A DNA stretch of 64,000 nucleotides from an uncultured Bacteroidota bacterium (GTDB taxonomy: Bacteria > Bacteroidota > Ignavibacteria > Ignavibacteriales > Ignavibacteriaceae), in assembly GCA_963787005.1 (NCBI GenBank), contig CAWBBX010000101.1, forward strand, positions 12,835 through 76,834, in the 5' to 3' direction. Shown one piece after another: positions 1-9,831 of this stretch (position 1 is the first letter of the stretch; the number at the start of each line of letters is the position of its first letter). The translations under genes and the position numbers were made by a program. The notes beneath the pieces were generated by a model. It was not told the DNA's origin. It made no database searches and saw only the letters and a program-made list of their open reading frames with translations.

Positions 1-284
1 ATTTCATGATCAGTATAAAACTGTTTTCAAAAATTATACTATAATTAGGGTTCAATTCAAAATTTACCGTGTGATGCGTTTCAATATCGCTGCAAAAGAG
101 AGTGTTATATTTTATGACACTATGGTTTCCAAAAGTCTAATATTGAGAATATAGAATTAACACATATTAAAAAACAGCATGTTTCCCACAGATAAAATTA
201 ACATTAACCTGGCATAGATTTTATTATATATATCATGCAGGAATTATTGAATGATTTATACCAAGGTTTAGTGAGGGAGATGTT

Positions 285-407
285 ATGCAGATACTATCAT
301 TTTCAACTATAGTTTTCTTTTCACTGACGATTCTTATTTCATTTGCCGTAGGGAGCAGAATACTTGTCAACGAGGATAAAAAGCTTCACCACACGATTAA
401 AAAATAA
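285..407 (+). CDS. possible small membrane protein (40 aa)
   Basis: ATG at 285 follows GAGGGAG. The 40 codons give a hydrophobic core (SFSTIVFFSLTILISFAV) and a charged tail. It is below the ORF-track length cut-off and I recognise no homology. Confidence 0.25.
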   Translation: MQILSFSTIVFFSLTILISFAVGSRILVNEDKKLHHTIKK

Positions 408-530
408 GTGCCCTTGTTGATTAAGAGAACGAAATAAATTTATTATAAGGTTCGCCGGCCGGATTGTTTTATACAGCGGCCTGAATAACGGTTGGGCATA
501 TAAAAAGCTTCGAACTAACAGGGTTTTTTT

Positions 531-974
531 TTACTTTTCGAGACTTTCCACTTTTTCCAGCCGCCTCAAAAATCTTTCCTCGTTAATAAAACTCGCTTTT
601 AAAAAAGCTTCTGCCAGCTCCTTTGCCAGCTCGGTTCCTACGATACGGGCGCCGAGGCAAAGGACATTCATATTATCGTGCTCTACGCCTTGATGAGCCG
701 AGTACGTATCGTGGCACAATCCGGCACGCGCATTCTTTACTTTGTTAGCGGCGATGCAGGCCCCTACTCCGCTTCCGCAGATCACTATGCCTTTATCGGC
801 TTCCCCGGAAGCTACGTACTTAGCCAGTGTAATAGCGAAATCAGGATAATCGTCCTTGGGATCATACACGTCGTTGCCGAGATCGGCAACTTCCAGATTT
901 TGTTCCTTCATCCAGCTTACTAAAAAATTCTTTAATTCAAATCCGCCGTGATCGGAAGCGATTGCAATCTTCAC
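531..974 (-). CDS. rpiB: ribose-5-phosphate isomerase B (RpiB/LacA/LacB family)
   Basis: 147 aa. The N-terminus MKIAIASDHGGFELK, the GIVICGSGVGACIAANK segment and HDxxSA are typical of RpiB. Confidence 0.9.
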   Translation of the reverse strand: MKIAIASDHGGFELKNFLVSWMKEQNLEVADLGNDVYDPKDDYPDFAITLAKYVASGEADKGIVICGSGVGACIAANKVKNARAGLCHDTYSAHQGVEHDNMNVLCLGARIVGTELAKELAEAFLKASFINEERFLRRLEKVESLEK

Positions 975-1163
975 TTTTTTACCTTTAAACTTTGTTTGAT
1001 TCGGATACTAATTTAACAATTTTTATTCTTTCTTCCTCAACTATGTCTACACGATTAGTTTTAGCTCACAGCGCCGAATATAATTCAGGAACAAGGAGAA
1101 GGAAATTGATTGTAATATGAATAAATATTAGTTTAATGTTAAACTTTTTAATATAAAGGTTAT

Positions 1164-1625
1164 ATGGGCACCCACTATAAAGGCAGCAGGAAAGAAACAA
1201 CCGCTCTTAATACATACATAAAGCTGATAAGAGCGGTAGAATCTTTGAACTCTAGAATAAGGCTGTCTCTGTCGAACTCAGGGCTGACGGAAAGCCAGTT
1301 TAATATATTGGAAGCGCTTATGCATCTCGGACCTCTTTGTCAAAAGGATCTCGGGAGCAAGCTCCTTAAAAGCGGAGGCAATATTACGATGGTAGTAGAT
1401 AACCTTGAGAAGAGAGGGCTTGTCAAGAGAGAACGGGGCGCTAAAGACAGGCGATATTTTACGGTTCATCTTACAAAACAGGGAAAGCATCTGATCGAAA
1501 AGCTGTTCCCCTCCCAAACCGCGGCTATTGTTAAAGAAGTCGGGATACTCAGTGAGTCAGAACAAATTGAACTGCAGAGATTGTGCAAACTGCTCGGCAC
1601 TCAAAACAAAGACGATGCGGTGTAA
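1164..1625 (+). CDS. MarR-family transcriptional regulator
   Basis: 153 aa with a winged-helix core: LTESQFNILEAL...LGPLCQKDLGSKLLKSGGNITMVVDNLEKRGLVKRER...DRR. Confidence 0.85.
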   Translation: MGTHYKGSRKETTALNTYIKLIRAVESLNSRIRLSLSNSGLTESQFNILEALMHLGPLCQKDLGSKLLKSGGNITMVVDNLEKRGLVKRERGAKDRRYFTVHLTKQGKHLIEKLFPSQTAAIVKEVGILSESEQIELQRLCKLLGTQNKDDAV

Positions 1626-1640
1626 CTAACCGTTATGGCT

Positions 1641-2387
1641 TCATAATTTCATGGATAATTTTTCTTTAACCATCCTTAAAACTTCCGGAAGCACTTCGCC
1701 CGCTTTGCCGAATATAGATTCATCTACGGATGAAGAAACCTCGGTCGGCTCGATATTAATTTCAAGAAGATAAGCTCCGTTGGATTTAGCGGCAAATATA
1801 AGAGAAGCTGCAGGATAAACTACGCCTGAAGTTCCGACAATAATAAATACGTCACTGTTCTCAGCGGCTTCAGCCGCGCCCGAAAATTGATCCTCGGGAA
1901 GATATTCGCCGAACCAGACCACATCCGGCCTGATTAATCCTCCGCAGTCGCAGAGCGGGGCGCCGTCTTTAACTTCCGGTATTTCCTCGTATTTCTTTCC
2001 GCACTTTATACAGTAATTCCGTTCTATATTTCCGTGCAGCTCGTAAACAGTGCGGCTTCCGGCTCTCTTGTGGAGGTTGTCTATGTTCTGGGTTATTACG
2101 GAAACTTCCGGCAGGATGTTCTGCATTTCTGCAATAGAGATATGAGCGGGATTCGGTTGGGATTGGTGTACAATCTGTTTCCTGTGGTTGTACCACTCCC
2201 ATACAAGCTGAGGATTTTTGAGGAAGGCATCGAAGTTTGCAAGCTCCTCCGGCTTCAATTTATTCCAGATGCCGTCCTTTCCCCTGAAAACAGGTATACC
2301 GCTCTCGGCGGAAATACCCGCGCCGGTAAAAAACACAACCGAGCGGGCCGAGGCAATTTTATCGATTAAACTCTCGCCGATATTCAA
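1641..2387 (-). CDS. cobB: NAD-dependent protein deacylase (Sir2 family)
   Basis: GAGISAESGIPVFRG NAD-binding motif, QNIDNLH, catalytic LHG, and a Zn ribbon CxxC...CxC. Confidence 0.9.
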   Translation of the reverse strand: MNIGESLIDKIASARSVVFFTGAGISAESGIPVFRGKDGIWNKLKPEELANFDAFLKNPQLVWEWYNHRKQIVHQSQPNPAHISIAEMQNILPEVSVITQNIDNLHKRAGSRTVYELHGNIERNYCIKCGKKYEEIPEVKDGAPLCDCGGLIRPDVVWFGEYLPEDQFSGAAEAAENSDVFIIVGTSGVVYPAASLIFAAKSNGAYLLEINIEPTEVSSSVDESIFGKAGEVLPEVLRMVKEKLSMKL

Positions 2388-2408
2388 TTCACAACACTCT
2401 TAATATTA

Positions 2409-3197
2409 TCATTCGTCTTCTATGTCTTTAAGAAGCTGCTTCGCTTCGACAATCCTCTTGTCGTCATCCTGATCTTTCTTCGGACTTTCGAGAACTTTGT
2501 TAAGCATTTCTCTAGCGGCTTTATACTCATCGTTCCTAACGTAAGCCCTGGCAAGATCGAGATAAAACATTCTGAAATTAGGGAAAAGAGCGATCGCCTT
2601 TTTATACTCGGTAATAGCAACGTCGAGATCGGCCCAGCCGAGTCCCAGCACCGCTCTCGCCGGAGCCCACTTTTCGCTGACCTTCGCGTTAGTTCTGCCT
2701 AGCACGTAATGCGCGACGGCCTGCCAATAGTTTCCGCCGTTGTTAAGAGCTATCGCCTTTTCGCAGTCGGACTTTACCGAGTTTACTACTCCGCCCACAG
2801 AAAATACTCCTTTGAAAAGCGCGATTCTTCCGTTGGCTATCGCTCTTCTTAAATAAGTAATAGATTTGTCGGGGGCAAGCTTAACGGCCTTATCCGCGTA
2901 GTCGAATGCCTTTTGATATTCCGCCAGCTGAGCGTCTTTATCTTCATCGGTCTTTTCCGGCATGTTCTGCGCAATATCCACGTATGCTCTGCTCAGTCTC
3001 CAATAAACTTGCCAGTTATCGGGACTGACTTTATCGGCCTGCATGTAAGTATCCAGAGCTTTTTGATTATTGAACTCAGCCATGTAATCGTCGCCCTTCT
3101 TAATAAGTTCGTCGAGCGACTGCGCCGGCACGATGCCGGGAAACAAAATTAAAATGATCAAAGCTGCTGGTAAAGACACGCTGAGAAATGATTTCAT
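2409..3197 (-). CDS. secreted TPR-repeat protein
   Basis: I moved the start to the internal Met (MKSFLSVSLPAALIILILFPGIVPAQS, a signal peptide). The longer ORF would overlap the upstream gene. TPR-like helical repeats run throughout. Confidence 0.6.
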   Translation of the reverse strand: MKSFLSVSLPAALIILILFPGIVPAQSLDELIKKGDDYMAEFNNQKALDTYMQADKVSPDNWQVYWRLSRAYVDIAQNMPEKTDEDKDAQLAEYQKAFDYADKAVKLAPDKSITYLRRAIANGRIALFKGVFSVGGVVNSVKSDCEKAIALNNGGNYWQAVAHYVLGRTNAKVSEKWAPARAVLGLGWADLDVAITEYKKAIALFPNFRMFYLDLARAYVRNDEYKAAREMLNKVLESPKKDQDDDKRIVEAKQLLKDIEDE

Positions 3198-3210
3198 AAC
3201 GGCCCCTTCT

Positions 3211-4206
3211 TTAGTCAAATAATGATTTTTGCTCCCCTTCTTCGTCCTCTCCCCTGATTCCGTGGTTATAGAGATCGGTCGATGCAAGGGTAATGTACCT
3301 TGTCCATTTTGCGTCCGTGCCCGCCCCCGAAGCGATAGCGTTTTTGTAGGCGTTTACTTTTGCGCTGAGCTCGTCCGCCTGATAAAGAGTAATAGCCTCT
3401 AATGTTTTCGGCACAACCGGCGAGGCATATTCCAGCTTTCCCTGATGGCTTAATATAATGTGAATGAGGCAATTTTTGAGGTCTTCCGGGAAACCTTCGA
3501 TTTTTTTTGTTTCTTCGTTTATAATCATCGACGAGATAACGATATGCCCGAGCAGCTTTCCTTTATCCGTATAATCGAACGAAGAATCGAAGCTCAGTTC
3601 TTCCGTCTTGCCGAAGTCGTGCATCATCGCGCCGCTTATCAAAAGGTCCCTGTTTATCTCCTGATGTATATCGCACATAAGATCGCAGATCCTGATGATC
3701 TCCAACGTATGTTCGATCAGGCCGTGAACGTAGGAATGGTGCCACGATTTCCCCGCGGGTGCGGCGGAAAACTTCGCGAAGTTATCTTCCGTGAAAACCA
3801 GGTTCATCAATTCTTTCAGATAACGGTTAGCTATCCTATCAATTCTATCGCGGAATTCTTTACGCATAACATCCGGGTCTCTTTTCGATTTAGGCAGAAA
3901 ATCGATAGGCGAAACTTTTTCCGAAGCTTTTAAAATTCTTATAGAGTTTATTCTTATCTGCGGCGCACCCTGGTAGTCGTCCATACTTCCGGCAACCTTA
4001 ACAACATCGCCTGTTTTCGCCATTTCGTAAAAGTTCTCAAAGCTGTCCCATACATTCGCATTCAAAGAGAGCGATTTGTCGCCCAGTTCGAGAAACAGAT
4101 ATTGTTTTCCGGCTTTAGTCAGGCGAATCTCGCATTTTTTAAGAAGGAGAAAATGATCGACCTGATCCCCTTTTTCCAGGGTATTTAATTCTTTCTGATT
4201 AAGCAT
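3211..4206 (-). CDS. OB-fold + HD-domain phosphohydrolase (YhaM-like 3'-5' exoribonuclease family)
   Basis: N-terminal OB-fold-like segment, then HD-domain motifs (HHSYVHGLIEHT, MMHDFGK). Confidence 0.7.
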   Translation of the reverse strand: MLNQKELNTLEKGDQVDHFLLLKKCEIRLTKAGKQYLFLELGDKSLSLNANVWDSFENFYEMAKTGDVVKVAGSMDDYQGAPQIRINSIRILKASEKVSPIDFLPKSKRDPDVMRKEFRDRIDRIANRYLKELMNLVFTEDNFAKFSAAPAGKSWHHSYVHGLIEHTLEIIRICDLMCDIHQEINRDLLISGAMMHDFGKTEELSFDSSFDYTDKGKLLGHIVISSMIINEETKKIEGFPEDLKNCLIHIILSHQGKLEYASPVVPKTLEAITLYQADELSAKVNAYKNAIASGAGTDAKWTRYITLASTDLYNHGIRGEDEEGEQKSLFD

Positions 4207-4306
4207 AAAACTTCGATTGATTTTGGTTTAAGTTAACATAAAAAAATAAAGGATAAATATCACCCGGAATCGGTACGAATCTAAATTGGAAGAGAGTAAA
4301 AACATC

Positions 4307-4840
4307 CTAGGTGTTTTTAATAATTTCGAATGTGCTTTCTTCAGGGAGATGAGCGATCACGGATCTGTTCAGAAGATCTATAGATACGCTTATAGTGTGC
4401 CCCTGCTCGCCTTCGGTAACGGTTCCTATTACGCCTTCGAAAGGCCCCCTCTTTATTCTCACCTTTACACCTGGATATAAGCCCTCGTGGATGTAAAGCT
4501 CAGATTTTGTTTTAAGCATGGTTCGCAGGTTATCGATCTGCCATTCGGGTATCTTTGCCGGTCTTCCCATATCCGAAACGCAACGGACAACCGCGACCTG
4601 CTCGAGCGCGGTAATGCGCTCCTTCTCGTCGGCGAAGATAAATATATATCCGCGCAGTAGAGGTTCGGTTACTTTCTTTTTTCTGTCGCTCCATTGCTTT
4701 GTGCGGGTAATAGCGGGCAGATAAAAAATAATATTGTTTTCCCCTATCTGCGACGCGGCTTTAAACTCGCTTCTCGGTTTCGTATAAAGAGCGTACCATG
4801 CTCTTTCCTTTATTTCTCCGTTCGGGCCGGTTTGATTCAT
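4307..4840 (-). CDS. NusG-paralogue transcription antiterminator (UpxY/RfaH-like)
   Basis: WYALYTKPRSEFKA NGN-domain start and a C-terminal KOW-like segment (GVKVRIKRGPFEGVIGTV). Confidence 0.75.
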   Translation of the reverse strand: MNQTGPNGEIKERAWYALYTKPRSEFKAASQIGENNIIFYLPAITRTKQWSDRKKKVTEPLLRGYIFIFADEKERITALEQVAVVRCVSDMGRPAKIPEWQIDNLRTMLKTKSELYIHEGLYPGVKVRIKRGPFEGVIGTVTEGEQGHTISVSIDLLNRSVIAHLPEESTFEIIKNT

Positions 4841-4850
4841 ATTAACAATA

Positions 4851-6182
4851 TCACAATTTTATAACTGCCCTGCCGACTGAGTAATAAGTGAATTTAATTT
4901 TTCTCATTACCTCAAGGTCGTACAAATTTCTTCCGTCGAAGATAAGGGGCACTTTCAGTAAAGATTTAATCTTATTGAAGTCCGGATTTCTGAATTCATT
5001 CCACTCGGTAACGATGATCAGGGCATCGGCATTATTGAGCGCTTCGTAAGCCTTATCGGCGTATTCGATCTTATCCCCTATAATTTGTCCGGCCGTTGCC
5101 AAAGCTTCGGGATCGTACGCCTTTACAGACGCGCCGCCGCCGGTTAAAAGTTCCACTAATTTTAAAGAAGGCGCTTCTCTCATATCGTCGGTATTGGGCT
5201 TAAACGAAAGTCCCCACAGCGCGAAATGCTTTCCTTTTATATCACCGTTGTAATGCTTCAAAATTTTATTGAAGAATAACTCGATCTGCTTTTTATTAAC
5301 ATCAATAACGGATTTAAGAATTTGAAAATCGTATTTGTTTTCGTTAGCGGTGTTCACAAGAGCGACCACATCCTTCGGAAAACACGAGCCGCCGTATCCT
5401 ACTCCCGGGAAAAGGAAGCGCTTGCCTATTCGAGAATCGGAACCTACACCGATTCTAACTTTGTCAACATCGGCACCGGTGAGCTCGCAGAGATTTGCTA
5501 TTTCATTCATATAGGAAATCTTCGCTGCAAGGAAGGAATTCGCGGCGTACTTAGTCATCTCGGCCGATTTTTCATCCATAAAGTAAACGGGATTTCCCGA
5601 GCGAACGAAAGGCTCGTAAAGCTGGGCCATAACCTTTCTCGTCTTCTCGCTGCTTGTGCCTATAACAACCCTTTCGGGTTTTAAGAAATCATCGACCGCC
5701 ATGCCTTCTCTCAAGAATTCAGGGTTCGATGCGACATCAAATTCAAAATCGGGAGCATGCTGTTTAATTTTCTCCCGTACTTTATCGCTGGTACCTACAG
5801 GGACCGTGCTTTTATCGACTAAAATTTTATATCCGATTCCCGGTTCATCTTTAAAAAGTTTTCCTAGATCTTCCGCCACGCCGAGAACATATTTCAGATC
5901 GGCGCTGCCGTCGGCGTCCTGAGGAGTAGGCAGACACAGAAAAATTATTTCTGATTTTCTTACGGCTTCATAAAGATCTGTAGTAAATGTTAGTCTCCCG
6001 TCTCCTATATTTCTTTCGAATAAAACTTCCAGCCCGGGTTCGAATATAGTAATTGTTCCGCCCCGGAGCTTCTTAACTTTTTCTTCGTTATTATCGACGC
6101 ACAGAACATGATTGCCTGTTTCGGCGAAACATGTGCCGGAAACCAGTCCGACATACCCGGTTCCCACAACCGCAATATTCAA
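4851..6182 (-). CDS. ugd: UDP-glucose 6-dehydrogenase
   Basis: N-terminal Rossmann VVGTGYVGLVSG, catalytic GGSCFPKD, 443 aa. Confidence 0.9.
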   Translation of the reverse strand: MNIAVVGTGYVGLVSGTCFAETGNHVLCVDNNEEKVKKLRGGTITIFEPGLEVLFERNIGDGRLTFTTDLYEAVRKSEIIFLCLPTPQDADGSADLKYVLGVAEDLGKLFKDEPGIGYKILVDKSTVPVGTSDKVREKIKQHAPDFEFDVASNPEFLREGMAVDDFLKPERVVIGTSSEKTRKVMAQLYEPFVRSGNPVYFMDEKSAEMTKYAANSFLAAKISYMNEIANLCELTGADVDKVRIGVGSDSRIGKRFLFPGVGYGGSCFPKDVVALVNTANENKYDFQILKSVIDVNKKQIELFFNKILKHYNGDIKGKHFALWGLSFKPNTDDMREAPSLKLVELLTGGGASVKAYDPEALATAGQIIGDKIEYADKAYEALNNADALIIVTEWNEFRNPDFNKIKSLLKVPLIFDGRNLYDLEVMRKIKFTYYSVGRAVIKL

Positions 6183-6300
6183 TTAAACCTCCTGAATTTT
6201 GACCTAAAATATAAACAATGAGAGTTTAAGTTGGAAGGAGATGAAAATATGAATGAAATTATATAAAATAATTTTGATGAAAAGATTTGCCTCTAAAGGC

Positions 6301-7833
6301 TTACATGTTTTGAAGCAGACCGCCGAGCTTATCCGCAAGCAAGTCCATGTCAACCGGTTTTTTGAGAATGATATTTACGCCTATATTCTGAAATTCTTTT
6401 TTAATATTTTTATCGCCGTCCGGTATTACGGCAACAACGGGTATCTTCTGATTTTTATCTTCAAGCCTGATCATGTTGATGAACTGAACCCCGTTCATCA
6501 GCGGCATATCGTACACCGTTATTACAAGCGAAGGAAGCTTGTCGAAAAATTTCTCGATCGCTTCGTAACCGTTCTTCGCGCAGATAATTTCGAAGCGGGA
6601 GAATTTTTTGTTTATAACTTCATCGAGCCTAGCCATGTCGGCCGCATTATTATCAATTAATAAAATCGAATCCTTCGAGCGCGGAATTGTGAAGTGGAAT
6701 TCGCTCCCTTTTTCTTTTTCGGAATAGAACCAAACCTCGCCGTTGTGTTTTTCAACTATTTCTTTTACGAGCGAGAGTCCGAGTCCGGTGCCTTTTTCGC
6801 CCTTTGTTCCTTCGGTAGAAAACATCTTTTCAAACTTAAAAATCTTAGCCTTATTATCCTCAGAGATTCCTTTCCCTTCGTCTCTAACTACAAACTCTAC
6901 GAAATTGATGTTGAAGACATCAGCGAAAACTTCTATCGATTTTCCCTCCGGCGAAAATTTAATGGCGTTGCTGATAAGATTGGTAATCACCTGGCTGAGC
7001 AGACGCTCATCTGCCTGAACATAGATGTTATCCTCTACGGTAACCTTGATGTCGATGTTTTTTCTTATCGCGTTACCGGTAAGCGATGAAACACAGTTGA
7101 ACACAAGGCTTTGCGCATGCAGCCGCTGAGGCTCTATCTTAATTCTTCCCGTTTGAAGCCGCGACCAATCAAGAAGATAATTAATAAGCTGAAGCTGGTT
7201 CTGAGAGGAGTCGTTAATGTAGCTAAGGTATTCGAGTTGTTCTTTGTGCGAAAGATTCGGTTCGTTCATGAGTATTTCCGAAAATCCGAGTATGCTTGTA
7301 AACGGGGCCCGGAGATCGTGAGAGAGCACGGAAATAAATTTATCCTTTGATGCGTTCAGCGACTGCAGGCCCTCGAGTGTTTTAACCTGCCGCAGCTCTT
7401 CATTCTTTATATCGGAAACATCGCTGACAAATCCGTTATATGCTTTAACAATGCCGTTCTCGTCCCTTTCTACCGAGATGCTCTCTTTAATCCAGGCAAT
7501 TCTTTTATTCTTTTTAACTATGCGGTAAGTGAGAGTAATAAAATTAGATGAGGTGTCGGCCGCAAATTCGCTCATCACTCTTTTTACACGATGAATGTCG
7601 TCTTCAAAAAGTATCGCGGCACCGTGACCTGGGAAATGACTGACCTCACCACCCGAGTATCCTGTGACCTCTTTTATATTTTCCGAGTAATATACTTTTT
7701 CTCCGTCCCGGTCTATAGTTGTCTTCCAGAAGAAACAGTCTCGCAGTCCGACCGCAAAACCGGCGGGAAAACCGTTGTTCTTTGACTCCTGTTTTATCTT
7801 AGTTGTTTTTGCGACCGTCTTTCTTTTTCCCAT
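6301..7833 (-). CDS. hybrid sensor histidine kinase / response regulator (PAS-HisKA-HATPase-REC)
   Basis: H-box SVLSHDLRAPFTSI, N-box NLISNAIKF, G-boxes DEGKGI and GTGLGLS. A C-terminal receiver follows (ILLIDNN...DMPLMNG). Confidence 0.85.
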   Translation of the reverse strand: MGKRKTVAKTTKIKQESKNNGFPAGFAVGLRDCFFWKTTIDRDGEKVYYSENIKEVTGYSGGEVSHFPGHGAAILFEDDIHRVKRVMSEFAADTSSNFITLTYRIVKKNKRIAWIKESISVERDENGIVKAYNGFVSDVSDIKNEELRQVKTLEGLQSLNASKDKFISVLSHDLRAPFTSILGFSEILMNEPNLSHKEQLEYLSYINDSSQNQLQLINYLLDWSRLQTGRIKIEPQRLHAQSLVFNCVSSLTGNAIRKNIDIKVTVEDNIYVQADERLLSQVITNLISNAIKFSPEGKSIEVFADVFNINFVEFVVRDEGKGISEDNKAKIFKFEKMFSTEGTKGEKGTGLGLSLVKEIVEKHNGEVWFYSEKEKGSEFHFTIPRSKDSILLIDNNAADMARLDEVINKKFSRFEIICAKNGYEAIEKFFDKLPSLVITVYDMPLMNGVQFINMIRLEDKNQKIPVVAVIPDGDKNIKKEFQNIGVNIILKKPVDMDLLADKLGGLLQNM

Positions 7834-8019
7834 GAATTACCCGAACCCTTTTTCTAGTTTAATATAAGAAAATGAGTATTAAAAAATTAAGAAACAATTT
7901 GAAGTGATCAACATTTAAGCATAAAACATTCTTAATGCAAGCATGAAGGCACGGATGCATGAAAGCATGAGTATGTTAATTATATGTTTATAATCGAAAA
8001 TTTCTTCTCTAAGATTATA

Positions 8020-9186
8020 TTAAACTTTGAAAACCTTGGTAATATCAAGAAGCAGCGAAGGCTGGTTGATAAGCGCCTGGTAAAATAATTTTCCCAAAGT
8101 CCTTTTTCCCGGCGGCACTTTATTAAAAGCTTTAGCTATATTATTAAACTTCCGATCCGAAAAATTGTATATGCCGTTCTTAAGCCTTTCGAATATTTCG
8201 TGCCGCTTGCCCAGCCTGTCGTGCCATGCCTTATCGTAAGAAAGTATGTGCTCAAGCTTGTTCGCTTTAACGGCTTCTCCCGCAATTCTCCCCGCAATGC
8301 TGCCGCCTATCATTCCGCTAGCTATTCCTCCCCCACTTAAGGGATTTACCTGTCTCGCCGCATCTCCGACCAGCATAATTCCCGGCGCTGAAATTTTTTC
8401 GAGAGTAACAACGCTCGGCACCCCGCCTGCTATAGTTGTAAGCACCGGAGCGTTAGGATAATTTGTTTCCATAAAATTATTCAGGTACGAAAGCGCGGAT
8501 CTCTGCTTGCCTACCATCCCGCTAACCCCAAGTCCTATGTTGGCGGTATCATTGCCTTTGGGAAACATCCAGAAATATCCGCCGGGCGCGTAATTCCGGC
8601 CGAAGTAAAAATATAAGGTATTCGGATCTACTTTAATATTAGAAGCGGTGATCTGCGTGCAGCATTCCATGTCGCGGAAATCGACGTATGTTTTTAGTCC
8701 CGCCCAGCGCCCCACTCTCGATTCCACTCCGTCGGCGCCGATTACTACTTTGGCTCTCAGCTCTTTCTGCTCACCGGCAAATTCATACTTAACTCCGCAG
8801 ACTTTTCCGTCTTCCATTATCAGTCCGTTTACGTAAGCTCTCGTTTTTATCTCGGCCCCCGCTTTCGCGGCAGTTTTAGCCAGCTCGTAATCGAATATTC
8901 TTCTCTCAAGAACATAGCCGGCGTCACCGAATTCAATTATAACTTCGTTACCGTCGGGCGAGTTAAGAGAGAATTTATCTATGTACGAGGTAATCCATTT
9001 GGGATCGGGAGTAATAAATTCTTCCACGCCGGCCTTGCTGATAGCCTCACCACATCTAACGGGATAGCCGACGTCGCGGTCCTTCTCGAGCATCATAACG
9101 GATACTCCCTGCTCAGCCGCAAAGCGTGCCGCCATCGATCCCGCGGGACCGGCTCCGACCACTATTACATCATAATTATTTTTCAT
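8020..9186 (-). CDS. geranylgeranyl reductase-family FAD-dependent oxidoreductase
   Basis: Start set at MKNNYDVIVVGAGPAGS (FAD dinucleotide fold). Also GADG and the LVGDAA...PLSGGGI motif typical of this family. Confidence 0.8.
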   Translation of the reverse strand: MKNNYDVIVVGAGPAGSMAARFAAEQGVSVMMLEKDRDVGYPVRCGEAISKAGVEEFITPDPKWITSYIDKFSLNSPDGNEVIIEFGDAGYVLERRIFDYELAKTAAKAGAEIKTRAYVNGLIMEDGKVCGVKYEFAGEQKELRAKVVIGADGVESRVGRWAGLKTYVDFRDMECCTQITASNIKVDPNTLYFYFGRNYAPGGYFWMFPKGNDTANIGLGVSGMVGKQRSALSYLNNFMETNYPNAPVLTTIAGGVPSVVTLEKISAPGIMLVGDAARQVNPLSGGGIASGMIGGSIAGRIAGEAVKANKLEHILSYDKAWHDRLGKRHEIFERLKNGIYNFSDRKFNNIAKAFNKVPPGKRTLGKLFYQALINQPSLLLDITKVFKV

Positions 9187-9256
9187 TTTTTTATAAGTTC
9201 TCAGTTTGCAGTCAGCAGTAAGCAATCGTCATGAATTTGTTTAATAAGTTCATAGG

Positions 9257-9406
9257 TTATTTGTATTTCCCCGGGTTTTCTATCATATGATTTAAAAGTT
9301 TTCCTATTTCTTCGGACTTTGAAAGTAATATATCGTATAATTTTTTATCCAGATACTTACATTCTAATGAAAAGTCTAAGCCTATGTCTAAGAAGTCTTC
9401 TTTATC
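9257..9406 (-). pseudogene. possible C-terminal remnant of a four-helix-bundle (23S rRNA IVS-type) protein
   Basis: A 49-codon open frame with no start codon: DKEDFLDIGLDFSLECKYLDKKLYDILLSKSEEIGKLLNHMIENPGKYK*. It resembles the C-terminal helices of that family. An in-frame TAA lies immediately upstream. Confidence 0.2.
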
Positions 9407-9578
9407 TTACTCTTGCTCTTAATCTTTGCCAAATATTCCCCGGAGTTTAAGTAAAAGTTAAAGAGTAAAATTAAGAAGTATTATTATGGTTAATCAAAAT
9501 TTCCTCTGTGCCTCCGTGTTCCTGCCTACCGGCAGGCAGGTCTGTGGTAAAGATAACATTGGGGCCATACACCTAAAC

Positions 9579-9800
9579 TTACACCGGCACTCCCTCCTTA
9601 TTAAACTTAATCACCTCAATCGGGCAGCTCCACACGCACTTCGCACAGTTGGTACATCTTTCGTCAATTATAAAGATCTCCGCTTCCTTAAGTTCTATCG
9701 CGTCTTCGGGACAAACGCCTACGCAGCATCCGCAGAAGTCGCACTTATCCGGCAGAATTTCAATCATCAACTTCCCGGTTTTTGCCTGCCTGTAATTCAT
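9579..9800 (-). CDS. 4Fe-4S dicluster ferredoxin
   Basis: 73 aa with two cluster motifs, CDFCGCCVGVCP and CTNCAKCVWSCP. Confidence 0.8.
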   Translation of the reverse strand: MNYRQAKTGKLMIEILPDKCDFCGCCVGVCPEDAIELKEAEIFIIDERCTNCAKCVWSCPIEVIKFNKEGVPV

Positions 9801-9831
9801 CGCTTAAATTTTTCCGAAAATAATTTAAAAA

